DNA of 30,861 bases from positions 1-30,861 of IMG/VR virus record IMGVR_UViG_3300037465_000419; one strand, 5' to 3'. Of this stretch, positions 9,452 through 18,198 are shown in pieces. The notes beneath the pieces were generated by a model, which was not told the origin of the DNA, made no database searches, and saw nothing but the letters and a program-made list of their open reading frames with translations. Source of the DNA: a virus. Its lineage: Duplodnaviria > Caudoviricetes. The first letter of the stretch is position 1. Each line of letters opens with the position of its first letter. The position numbers and the translations under genes are program-made.

Positions 9452-9746
9452 GTATGTCTTGAATTACCTTGTTTTCTTCCTCGATCATTTTGTCTATTAT
9501 ATCAAGAGTATGCAACATTTGGGAAGGGGTTTGATAAATTGGCGGCATCCACGGTTGCGCTTTTCTCTTTTCCTCTTCCCGTTTCTGGTCTTCAAGCCAA
9601 CTCTGCTTCTTTTTTGTTTCTTTTCTTTCTAACGCTTCTAACTTCTGTAATGCGTGATAAACGTGAAAACGCACTTCTCGATAAGCAAAGTTATTCGGTA
9701 TCGAGCCAAAAGTCTCTTTTAACAAATCCTTTGTGGTTTTTTTCAT
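9369..9746 (-). CDS. Hypothetical helical protein (125 aa)
   Basis: Co-oriented ORF in the terminase-downstream string with charged helical composition. Confidence 0.6.
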   Translation of the reverse strand: MKKTTKDLLKETFGSIPNNFAYREVRFHVYHALQKLEALERKETKKKQSWLEDQKREEEKRKAQPWMPPIYQTPSQMLHTLDIIDKMIEEENKVIQDIHAQNVKKRQMAPQEDNDEDDDLQTLHG

Positions 9747-9841
9747 AAAAGATTAATTCTCCTCTTCATGTCCCTAATCTTTGCGTCAGAAAACTTGCAG
9801 TGAACTTCAATTCTAGAAAAAATATTCATAGGCACTTTTTA

Positions 9842-10009
9842 TCATTTATTAGCAACCTTATGTAATATCTTAGCAATTCGCAGGCAAGCGTTTACATCCA
9901 TCACCGTAGCGCTATATTCTTTATCGCACCAAATGCGAGCCGCTACTTCCTTACATATTTTCATGGGCATTTTGTCCCTTTTTTGTTTGTTCAACCAATA
10001 GTTTTTCAT
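9842..10009 (-). CDS. Small hypothetical protein (55 aa), not in the ORF track
   Basis: ATG 1 nt after the terminase stop. MKNYWLNKQKRDKMPMKICKEVAARIWCDKEYSATVMDVNACLRIAKILHKVANK. Confidence 0.6.
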   Translation of the reverse strand: MKNYWLNKQKRDKMPMKICKEVAARIWCDKEYSATVMDVNACLRIAKILHKVANK

Positions 10010-10010
10010 G

Positions 10011-11846
10011 TTACCACCCGAATTCCTTTAATAATGAATCCAGCTTTCGTCTAAAATCAAAAGCTACGCCTGTCATAATTTCTTCATCCGAGACGTGAAG
10101 TGAATCTTTTAATCGCTCGTTTTCCTCGAAGAAATCCCTTGGCGCACCCTCCAAAATTTCTTTCTTAATTTCTTCATAAGATGCTGACTTTAGCGGGTCA
10201 GTTAATTCTTTTGGAATGCTTGCGCCCATTGGCAAATCACGCAAAACTCTATCACGGACGAATAAAGCAATGGCCGTTGCCATTACCGCATCATCATGTT
10301 CACCCTTAGTAGCTCCAATTTTGCCAGTCTGTGGGTTATGAACAAAAGTCGTTATCTCTTGGACCAAACGGCGACTGTTTAACTTAATTGTCCCGTTAAT
10401 ACATCGCTGCTGTAATGATTCTAAAACCTGAAGCCGATTACCTACTGTAACTTTTAGACCAGCTTTCGGTGTCTTGCTGGTCGGTTTCTCAAAATAAACA
10501 TTGTCATAAAACAACTGGAACTGGAGATTCGTCAAAACTGCACCACCCGAACCCATATTTTCAACAACTACTAAAGCGTGGTTATAGTAAATAGCTATTT
10601 CATTTATCACCTGAGCAAATTGATACGGTTGGATTCGGTTACTATAAAATTCAGCCACTTGCTCCATCGTAGCATTATCAAAAACTTCAATAACACTATT
10701 GTCGCCTTCGTCACCGACACCTTCAGCGGTATCCACCCCTAGTGTATATTCGTGACCATCTATTGGTTCCTTCCAAACCCACATAGCTCCTTCTCGCTCC
10801 CAACTGTCGTCGTATTCGTTGGTTTCATCATCAGTATCTTCGTCTTTAAGCAGACTGTTTACCCATTTCTTAAATAGTTTTCGTTTGGGTGGATTATTTT
10901 GCGTTGCTTCTACCATCTTGGCTACAAGGTGGGCTGGGATGTAAGTTTCACCCGATCCAAGAAAGGATCGTAATACTTCTTGCAACCAACCTTTTTCGCC
11001 AAGCTGAGATTTCTGGTCTGCAACCCATACTGGATCATTATATTCGGGGTGTTCGGTGTATTCCAAATCTAAGATGTGGAAAGGCTTTCCTGTTCGCTGG
11101 GATTTATGGTACATTTTTTCATACCAATTACCAAGACCATTGACTGTGGAGATAACGATGCAGTTACCGCCAGCGGATAGAGTTGGAAACATGGCTTTCC
11201 AATGCTTATCCATATCAGGAATGAATGCGGCCTCGTCAAGAATTAAATAGGTGATAGAACGTCCACGGGCCGCTTCGGGAGTAAAGAAATAAAGGCTGCT
11301 TCCTGTATCGAAGAACTGCTTGTGGTGATCGTTCCATTTTCCTTGGAGGCTCGGTTTGAGCCACTTCGGAAGATGTTCAACCGCACGATTAATGATTTCG
11401 CCCGCCGCAATAGCTTCACGGTCGGTTTTTGAAAGTAGCATGATCTGTTGATCTAATTTAAAGATGCAGCGCCACATTCCCCATATTTCTGCCAATGTAG
11501 TAAGGCCACCCTGACGGAACTTAGAAATAAGATTAAAACGATACTTCTCAAAATCCGCAATCACTCGATGCTGATAATTATAGCAGATAAAGCGTACCGC
11601 ACCTTTTTTCGGATGTAAGATGCGGACATATTTATTGGCAAAATAAAAAAAATCTAAGGCGCACTTTGCGAACTCTATACGTTGCCGATTTGCGTCATAG
11701 TTGTTATAATCATCAACTGTTTCATCAGGGTCGATTTCTAACTCATACTTGGAGAATGTATAATACTGAGAAGGATATTCGGCCTTGTAGTATTCCGCGA
11801 GGGTTTTGTACTTCCCGCGCCAAAGCGATTCACCAGAATTAACCAT
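10011..11846 (-). CDS. terL: Terminase large subunit (T4 gp17-like)
   Basis: Adenine-binding YNYQ, Walker A KFRQGGLTT, Walker B YLILDEAAF, coupling motif ISTVNG, and RNase H-like nuclease motifs LGVDTAEG and HDDAVMA. Confidence 0.96.
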   Translation of the reverse strand: MVNSGESLWRGKYKTLAEYYKAEYPSQYYTFSKYELEIDPDETVDDYNNYDANRQRIEFAKCALDFFYFANKYVRILHPKKGAVRFICYNYQHRVIADFEKYRFNLISKFRQGGLTTLAEIWGMWRCIFKLDQQIMLLSKTDREAIAAGEIINRAVEHLPKWLKPSLQGKWNDHHKQFFDTGSSLYFFTPEAARGRSITYLILDEAAFIPDMDKHWKAMFPTLSAGGNCIVISTVNGLGNWYEKMYHKSQRTGKPFHILDLEYTEHPEYNDPVWVADQKSQLGEKGWLQEVLRSFLGSGETYIPAHLVAKMVEATQNNPPKRKLFKKWVNSLLKDEDTDDETNEYDDSWEREGAMWVWKEPIDGHEYTLGVDTAEGVGDEGDNSVIEVFDNATMEQVAEFYSNRIQPYQFAQVINEIAIYYNHALVVVENMGSGGAVLTNLQFQLFYDNVYFEKPTSKTPKAGLKVTVGNRLQVLESLQQRCINGTIKLNSRRLVQEITTFVHNPQTGKIGATKGEHDDAVMATAIALFVRDRVLRDLPMGASIPKELTDPLKSASYEEIKKEILEGAPRDFFEENERLKDSLHVSDEEIMTGVAFDFRRKLDSLLKEFGW

Positions 11847-11886
11847 AAATTCACATAACCTTTCTAATCAAACGAATTTATATATT

Positions 11887-12036
11887 ATGCAAACTGCTAA
11901 ATTATGTTATGCTATCTTGCAAAGATGCTCCCAAAAAGAATTCAAATATAAAACTATATTATCAGAGTTCGGCGCAGCTATAATTCATTATTTTACAAGC
12001 AATGCGATCCGAAACTGGTTAAGGCAGAAAGGTTAA
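11887..12036 (+). CDS. Possible small hypothetical protein (49 aa)
   Basis: ATG at 11887 avoids overlap with terL. The stop lies 2 nt before the ferritin-like ATG. Confidence 0.35.
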   Translation: MQTAKLCYAILQRCSQKEFKYKTILSEFGAAIIHYFTSNAIRNWLRQKG

Positions 12037-12038
12037 AT

Positions 12039-12479
12039 ATGAATAAGAATCAATTAATTGATAAACTAAACGAAGATTTGAAGAACGAATATACGCACAT
12101 GCATTTCTACCTACATTCATCATTTCTGGTAGAAGGCACCTACCGTGACGAAATTTCAGAGTGGTTGTTAAAACATGCAACCAGTGAATTCATGCACATT
12201 CAGCAGTTTGCCAAGATGATTGTTGGACTAGGAGGGATTCCTACCACAGAACATCACGATATCCCAAACTTCACTGATCCACATGAAATCTTCTTACATG
12301 CGCAACATCTTGAGGATGAAGTGGTTAAAAACTATGTACATCGTATGGAAGAATTAGTAGTTAGTAAAGAACTTGATCCATGTGATGCAAAATATGTAGA
12401 ATTGTTTCTGGAAGACCAGGTTTTGGATAGTCGTGCAGATTTGGATGAAATTAAACAGTTTCTAAAAACAAGAGTTTAA
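12039..12479 (+). CDS. Ferritin/bacterioferritin-like protein
   Basis: LIDKLNEDLKNEY, ExxH (EFMH), IVGLGGIP and LEDE match a four-helix ferritin-like pattern. Confidence 0.85.
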   Translation: MNKNQLIDKLNEDLKNEYTHMHFYLHSSFLVEGTYRDEISEWLLKHATSEFMHIQQFAKMIVGLGGIPTTEHHDIPNFTDPHEIFLHAQHLEDEVVKNYVHRMEELVVSKELDPCDAKYVELFLEDQVLDSRADLDEIKQFLKTRV

Positions 12480-12554
12480 GAACATTAAGGAATCATTTTA
12501 CTTATGAAGAAATAATGCTCTTATCACCGATATTAAGAAAAATAAAGGAAAATC

Positions 12555-13100
12555 ATGCCGACTGAGAATGAAATTAAGTTTATATTAGAATTTAAAGATA
12601 CGGAAGAGAGGTATCAAAAGCTAGCAGAAAGTAAAACCTGGATTTTACAAGGTTACTTATTTTCCAATAAAGGCACTTCTCTTCGTTTAAGAAAAATGAA
12701 AAACAAGTATTATTTGACTTTAAAATCTAATGTAAATGGGAGAGTTGTAGAAATTGAAAACCAAATTGATGAGCGGGATTTTAATGACTTATGGCCTCAA
12801 TGTATGAATAAGTTAGAAAAAGTTCGCTATGTCGTTCGTGATAAACAGAATCAATCTTGGGAAATTGATTTTTTTAAAGATCACAATGGAGTTAATTATT
12901 TTGCTTTGGCTGAACTTGAGATGCCAGAAGGTCAGTTGGCTCCCGCTTTGGTGCCACGTTTTATCAAAGAGAATTTGTTATTTGAAGTTCCCTTGACAGA
13001 TTGTAGGTTCGCAAGTAAATTGCTTGCTGACGTTCGATATGCCAATGATCTTTACAAAATAATTAAGGATTCTTCACATGAAACGTTACAAGTTGGTTAA
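12555..13100 (+). CDS. CYTH domain protein (triphosphate tunnel metalloenzyme)
   Basis: ExExK (ENEIKF), QGYL, LRLRK, LTLK, EIE, LEKVRY, WEIDFF and AELE motifs. Confidence 0.9.
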   Translation: MPTENEIKFILEFKDTEERYQKLAESKTWILQGYLFSNKGTSLRLRKMKNKYYLTLKSNVNGRVVEIENQIDERDFNDLWPQCMNKLEKVRYVVRDKQNQSWEIDFFKDHNGVNYFALAELEMPEGQLAPALVPRFIKENLLFEVPLTDCRFASKLLADVRYANDLYKIIKDSSHETLQVG

Positions 13101-13395
13101 TTCGTATCCCGTTGCCCGTTTTTATTACAAGGGCGGTCATTCTCATCCAATTCAGCGAACGGTGCTGCTAACAGAGTCTACTGACTCTCGTATTACTGGT
13201 TACGAAGTTCGCGCTGGTAAAATTGTTCGTCAACCCAATAATGCACCCATTAAGTCCTATTTGCGTAAAAAGATCGCCCGTGTTAAATCTCTGAAGGCAT
13301 CAATGAAGCGAAATGCCCTGATTATTTCTAATGGACCGATGGTGACAACGCTCAAGCGGACACGCTTGCACGATTATCTATTTGTTGGCCCATAA
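13078..13395 (+). CDS. Small basic protein, possibly WYL/SH3-like fold
   Basis: FYY...RTV...ITGYE...IKSY..KKI pattern reminiscent of WYL domains. Confidence 0.4.
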   Translation: MKRYKLVNSYPVARFYYKGGHSHPIQRTVLLTESTDSRITGYEVRAGKIVRQPNNAPIKSYLRKKIARVKSLKASMKRNALIISNGPMVTTLKRTRLHDYLFVGP

Positions 13396-13425
13396 AAGGT
13401 AGAGTGTGATTAAGTTGAAAATTAT

Positions 13426-13468
13426 AACAAGCGACAAGCTTATAAAATTTATGAACTTGTCGCTTGTT
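13426..13468. terminator. Inverted repeat, probable bidirectional terminator
   Basis: AACAAGCGACAAG...CTTGTCGCTTGTT (13-bp perfect arms, extendable to 20 bp with 2 differences) between convergent genes. Confidence 0.75.
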
Positions 13469-13514
13469 CTTTCATCTTTAATATGAATGATTAAATCCAA
13501 TTTTGCTTTTTGCT

Positions 13515-14087
13515 CTAAATCCCCCATTTCTCCCTCAGCCGTTCCAAGAAGCTCAATTTTTTCCGCTTATCTTCTTCTTTAGCCTCTAATGAAATAGTGA
13601 ATCGGTGTGTATTTTGGAGCTTTACTGCTGATTGATAAATGGTTAAGATTATGTCTTCCCATTCCGCCGATGGTTTGAATGTGTGTAGTTCCCCTTCTGC
13701 TTCTAAGTAAACCAAAAAGCCTCTGTAATTTACTTTTAATACCTTGGAAGCTTCTTCATATGTGGTGTGGTATTCGTCTACATTAACTGGCATTGTGCCT
13801 TCTTTAAGATATGTAATTTCAAGATGATAACCGAATTTTAGTCCGTCGAATATTCTTCCAATTTCACGAATTGGTGCATCAGGGTCTTCTTCAGGCAGCA
13901 TTTCTTCTTCCTGTAAATCATACATATCTTTCCATTCAGTCATTTCGTAGTTCGCTGCACCTTGGGAAATAATTGGCTTTCCTAAGTTTTTTAAGATAAT
14001 ACCAAATTTCCCTTCAAGGCCCATGTAGTTCTTATCCATTGCCTCGGCAAGTCTTTGTTCTCTAATTATTTTTTCTTTTTCAAGCAT
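13515..14087 (-). CDS. Hypothetical protein (190 aa)
   Basis: Long non-overlapping ORF with no recognised motif. Confidence 0.7.
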   Translation of the reverse strand: MLEKEKIIREQRLAEAMDKNYMGLEGKFGIILKNLGKPIISQGAANYEMTEWKDMYDLQEEEMLPEEDPDAPIREIGRIFDGLKFGYHLEITYLKEGTMPVNVDEYHTTYEEASKVLKVNYRGFLVYLEAEGELHTFKPSAEWEDIILTIYQSAVKLQNTHRFTISLEAKEEDKRKKLSFLERLREKWGI

Positions 14088-14119
14088 GTTATTAATAATA
14101 TATATGTTTGAGGTAAAAT

Positions 14120-15715
14120 ATGCCAGATATTAACTATGTGCTTAATGATCCGTCCACTCCTAATTTAGTCATGCCAGTCGATTTGCCACCCAAGCCTAAC
14201 GGCATGGAATTCAAAGTTGATGGTTTTCGCGGTGCCACTCCTACAATGTATACTCAGGAACATCAAGCTGCACTGTGCCATTATAACTTGGTTCAAGGAA
14301 TTAATGTAATGAGGAAGTATTTGAAGAACCCTATACTGAATCATTGGGCAGCGACTCAATCATTATATATTCAACCTCGTGCTGGCAAGCAACTTAATGC
14401 TTATTATGATCGTCAGGCATTGCGGTTTTTTTATGCTACAGACCCGATTACAAAAAACATGGTTTACGCGGTAAATTCTGCTGATGTAGTCCTTCATGAA
14501 CTTGGTCATGCTTTATTGGATGCACTTCGTCCTGATTTGTTCAATGTGCAAGCCTATGAGGTGTGGGGCTTCCATGAAGCGTTTGGTGACATTAATGCTA
14601 TTGCTAATGCTTTGCAACATGATGAACTCATTGATATTATCTTAGTAGAGACAGGTGGTAATTTGGCACAAAGTAACACCGTCACGAAATTGGCTGAAGA
14701 AATGGGCCGTGCGATTTTCAATCTCACGGGTGGTCGAATGGGACATACAGCGGCCTCACTTCGTAATGCTTACAACAATTTTACCTACGTTATTCCAGAG
14801 AAGTTACCACGTCACGGCATGGATAATCAACTGTCTAGCGAGCCACACAGTTTTTCCCGTGTATTTACAGGTGTGTGGTACGATATTCTTTGCAGCCTCT
14901 ATGAGGCTCAGAGAAAAGTTTGCCTGGATGCCAAGACTGCGTTAAAAAATGCAAGAGACATCTTGATTTCTTATACTTTTAATGCTATTCCTAACGCTCC
15001 TGCTACTATTAGGTTTTACGATGCTGTTGCCAAGGCAATGTTAGTGCAGGATAAACTGAATGGTTATATGTATAATCAAATTATGAATGATGCTTTCATT
15101 AAGCGTGGAATCTTACGTCAAGCGATTCGCCCGATGGCCGCTGTGGATTGGGCTGCTTTTAAAACGATGGTAGAACCGCAGGATCAGGTAATTGAAGATG
15201 CGGCGGTTATGGCAGTACGAACAAAAAGCATTGAATTATTGACATTGCCTGACTTTATGGTTAATGTTGAAGTACCGAACGACAGCTACTATGAATTCGA
15301 CAGCAGTGGTAATTGTGTCGAAAACATTGTAGCTTCACCTGGGGAATTGATAGACCATGCACGCGATTGTGTTGACTTTCTCAAAGAAAAAGGTTTTATT
15401 CGTTCTGACCGCTTGACGCCGTTTGAGATAACACCAGAAGGCAATTTGGTAAGAACCCATTTTGCAGGTTGTTTTTTGAACAATTGCACAAACCCAAACC
15501 AGATTGAGTACCTCAAGTGTTGGAAACCAGAAAACAATGCAGGTTGCGGTTGTGGCGGTAAGAAAAAACCAGAATGCGTGCAGAAGGGAATTACTTCTGT
15601 AACAGTAGCGAACACACGACTGTCTGTATCAAGTTGTGGTTTCGGTAAAACGTCGTCGGAACAAAATGTAACTTTTAGTTTTTCAAATAGTGTAAAAAGT
15701 AAAACAGTTTGTTAA
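14120..15715 (+). CDS. Zinc metalloprotease, thermolysin-like (M4/M36 gluzincin) with Cys-rich C-terminal tail
   Basis: NAYY, DVVLHELGHA (HExxH), third ligand in FHEAFGD, and EPHSFS. GAGG RBS. Confidence 0.88.
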   Translation: MPDINYVLNDPSTPNLVMPVDLPPKPNGMEFKVDGFRGATPTMYTQEHQAALCHYNLVQGINVMRKYLKNPILNHWAATQSLYIQPRAGKQLNAYYDRQALRFFYATDPITKNMVYAVNSADVVLHELGHALLDALRPDLFNVQAYEVWGFHEAFGDINAIANALQHDELIDIILVETGGNLAQSNTVTKLAEEMGRAIFNLTGGRMGHTAASLRNAYNNFTYVIPEKLPRHGMDNQLSSEPHSFSRVFTGVWYDILCSLYEAQRKVCLDAKTALKNARDILISYTFNAIPNAPATIRFYDAVAKAMLVQDKLNGYMYNQIMNDAFIKRGILRQAIRPMAAVDWAAFKTMVEPQDQVIEDAAVMAVRTKSIELLTLPDFMVNVEVPNDSYYEFDSSGNCVENIVASPGELIDHARDCVDFLKEKGFIRSDRLTPFEITPEGNLVRTHFAGCFLNNCTNPNQIEYLKCWKPENNAGCGCGGKKKPECVQKGITSVTVANTRLSVSSCGFGKTSSEQNVTFSFSNSVKSKTVC

Positions 15716-15766
15716 TTTTTTCTGTAAGCCTACTAATTATTAGGATATTAATAGGGAGAAATTACC

Positions 15767-16042
15767 ATGTATAATGATGACGCTGTGTTGCGGAACCTAA
15801 GACTTCTCGCCACCAAACGATATGGCGATGACGAAGATGATGAAGATTTTGACGATCTGGAATATAATGACGATGATCCCGATGATGATTGGGATGACGA
15901 TGATGACGACGAAGAAGAAGATTGGGATGAAGAGGATGACGATGATGACGACGAAGAAGAAGATTGGGATGAAGAGGATGATGATTGGGATGACGATGAC
16001 GACGATGATGATGACGACGAAGAAGAAGATGAGGAAGAATAA
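15767..16042 (+). CDS. Extremely acidic Asp/Glu-rich protein (91 aa)
   Basis: GGGAG RBS. Short N-terminal helix followed by about 70 residues almost all D/E, with periodic Trp. Confidence 0.75.
   Translation: MYNDDAVLRNLRLLATKRYGDDEDDEDFDDLEYNDDDPDDDWDDDDDDEEEDWDEEDDDDDDEEEDWDEEDDDWDDDDDDDDDDEEEDEEE
15902..15981 (+). repeat. Coding tandem repeat, 42-bp period (DDDEEEDWDEEDDD)
   Basis: gatgacgacgaagaagaagattgggatgaagaggatga at 15902 and 15944, with further partial copies. Confidence 0.85.
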
Positions 16043-16237
16043 TTAATTCTTTTTGTGCTTTTTCATTTTCTTCATAGGTTTTTTGTTACCTGGCAATGGT
16101 TCTAAATCGTATTGTGGGAATGCCCCATTTTGAATTTTATTTAACCATATTGGGATTTGTGAAGCTGGTTCTGGCTCACCCATTACACCTTGCCCAAAGA
16201 TAGATTCAATCCATATTCTAAATTCTAAACTGGCCAT
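16043..16237 (-). CDS. Small protein (64 aa) with basic C-terminus; start revised to 16237
   Basis: MASLEFRIWIES...KKPMKKMKKHKKN. The revised start removes overlap with the divergent gene, and TATATA lies 5 nt upstream. Confidence 0.6.
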   Translation of the reverse strand: MASLEFRIWIESIFGQGVMGEPEPASQIPIWLNKIQNGAFPQYDLEPLPGNKKPMKKMKKHKKN

Positions 16238-16252
16238 GATATTATATATTTT

Positions 16253-16960
16253 ATGAGCCTCAAATATATTGTTACGGGCACTGGCAGATGTGGTACAATG
16301 TTTATGGCCAACTTCCTTATCAGCGCTGGTATTAATTGTGGCCATGAAGTTATATTTACAAATGAAGGACTTGGCGTAGCAAAAAGCAAGATGTTAATTT
16401 ATGACGGTCTTGATGCTGATGCAAGCTATATGGCCGCACCCTATCTAAAGAACGAAATTCTAAATAAAGCTAAAATTATTCATGTAGTTAGAGAGCCGAT
16501 GAAAGTCATCAATTCTTTTGTTGTCGGCTATTGTTATTTCCTTAGTGGGCGGTTAAATTGTACGCCTGGCCTTGACTGGACTTACGAATACCCACCAGGA
16601 GCCGATCCTGAATTTAAATTTATGCGATTTATTTATCGCCATGTCCCTGAATTATATGATGTAACCTTAACGCCTGTTGAACGTGCAGCTTTATATTATA
16701 TTAAATGGAATGAACTAATTGAACAAGCTTGTATTGATAGAGCATTTTTATTTCATCCTATTGAAAGTGATATTTCTAAATTAGTAAACTTTATTGATGC
16801 TGGGGATAGAAAAGATTTATATGGTGATATAAATACTAATAAAGCTAAATATAAAAATAGATTTACTTTAGGTAGTATACCACCTGGCCCAATTAGAGAA
16901 AAACTTATGGAAATTGGGAGAAAGTATGGGTATTTTAGGAATGTAAATTTGGTGTTATAA
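16253..16960 (+). CDS. Sulfotransferase-family protein
   Basis: IVTGTGRCGT (5'-PSB loop), GHE, and KIIHVVREPxKVINS (3'-PB motif). Confidence 0.8.
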   Translation: MSLKYIVTGTGRCGTMFMANFLISAGINCGHEVIFTNEGLGVAKSKMLIYDGLDADASYMAAPYLKNEILNKAKIIHVVREPMKVINSFVVGYCYFLSGRLNCTPGLDWTYEYPPGADPEFKFMRFIYRHVPELYDVTLTPVERAALYYIKWNELIEQACIDRAFLFHPIESDISKLVNFIDAGDRKDLYGDINTNKAKYKNRFTLGSIPPGPIREKLMEIGRKYGYFRNVNLVL

Positions 16961-17775
16961 TGATGAAATTACCTAAAACTGTCGTAATGATCGTTGGGCA
17001 TGAGCATCCGCATTACATTCAAGATACTGCCGAATCTGTAAAATATTATAATGATGGTAATTATGAGATAGTGTTTGCAATTGATTTTAATAGAAAGGTC
17101 GCTGCAACTTTAGAAGAAAAGTACGGTAAGGATCGAGTTTTTGTAACCAAAGAGATAAATGGTTGGGGACGTGGTATTCTAAGAACTATTATTCATGCTC
17201 TGGATTACTTTAGTGAAAGAATAGCTATCCAACACCTAATCACAATGGATTCTGATGCCTTATGTACTGGACCATTTATAAAGGCAATGCTAGCCAAAAC
17301 AGAATCTCCCGATGTTTTTTGGGTGGGTACAACATGGTATACACCTAGTAAAGATTACGGGTATCATCGTAGTTTAAGGGCTTCGGGGTTCATGGGTGAG
17401 TTCCCATATACTTTTAGAACAGAAATGTGTGCAGGTCCGTGTATGATGTGGACTAGCCACTGTTTTGGGTTTATGAAACGGGTCGGGCTAATGCCTGGGT
17501 CTGAATTTGATAAAAAGTATCCTCTTATACACTTTGCTCATGACCAAATATCTACTTGGTTCTTAGGTTGCGGCATGGGGCGTATTGAGAATGTACCTCA
17601 TCTTATGGAAATGAGGTGGAGACAATCATTACCCACCACCTTTGTTGAGCCTTGGGGACATGTTCCTATAACCTATAAGCATACCGCTATTATTCACCCG
17701 ACTAAATCTAATGTTTATACCGAAGATAATTGTAGAAACTACTTTAAGAGTAAAAGAAAAGAAATACCATTATGA
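16960..17775 (+). CDS. Glycosyltransferase, GT-A fold (GT2-like)
   Basis: EIVFAID, NGWGRG, LITMDSDA (DxD), GPCMM and HDQ. Coupled to the sulfotransferase (TAATG). Confidence 0.7.
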   Translation: MMKLPKTVVMIVGHEHPHYIQDTAESVKYYNDGNYEIVFAIDFNRKVAATLEEKYGKDRVFVTKEINGWGRGILRTIIHALDYFSERIAIQHLITMDSDALCTGPFIKAMLAKTESPDVFWVGTTWYTPSKDYGYHRSLRASGFMGEFPYTFRTEMCAGPCMMWTSHCFGFMKRVGLMPGSEFDKKYPLIHFAHDQISTWFLGCGMGRIENVPHLMEMRWRQSLPTTFVEPWGHVPITYKHTAIIHPTKSNVYTEDNCRNYFKSKRKEIPL

Positions 17776-18195
17776 AATTGTTTTCATTAGTTCCTCAATT
17801 GTTTTAATTTCAACAAAATGAATTATGTTTACTATCTTTTTATTCTTTTTTGCTTTTCCAAATTGCCTAAATGCTATCCATTCGATGCCGCCATCACGAT
17901 GATCTAGCAGATTTTTTAATGTTAATGGATTTGTCCTATTATCTTCTGGATTAAAAGATTTATGGGGTAGATAAATTTCATATCCTTCTTCGTTATGTTT
18001 AACAAATATTTTATATTCAGTTGGATAAAGTTTATATTTTACAAAGACTTCATTTCCAGGCTCGGATGTTTGTCCTTGATAATGCCAGACGGGTACACTT
18101 ACTCCTACCACATCTATTTCCTTGCCGTTAAAAAGGGCGTATCTTTGCTGACGATCCAAGAACATGTGATGGGATACAGTTAGAGTTAGGCTCAT
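17770..18195 (-). CDS. Hypothetical protein (141 aa)
   Basis: Directly downstream of the nuclease in the same orientation. Confidence 0.65.
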   Translation of the reverse strand: MSLTLTVSHHMFLDRQQRYALFNGKEIDVVGVSVPVWHYQGQTSEPGNEVFVKYKLYPTEYKIFVKHNEEGYEIYLPHKSFNPEDNRTNPLTLKNLLDHRDGGIEWIAFRQFGKAKKNKKIVNIIHFVEIKTIEELMKTIS

Positions 18196-18198
18196 AAT

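Noticed and set aside
15820-16046. Repeat region as a CRISPR array, or the Met/Thr/Lys-rich alternative ORF 15822..16046
   Set aside because: It is a codon-phase GAY/GAR repeat without unique spacers. The alternative ORF is a frame shadow of the acidic gene.
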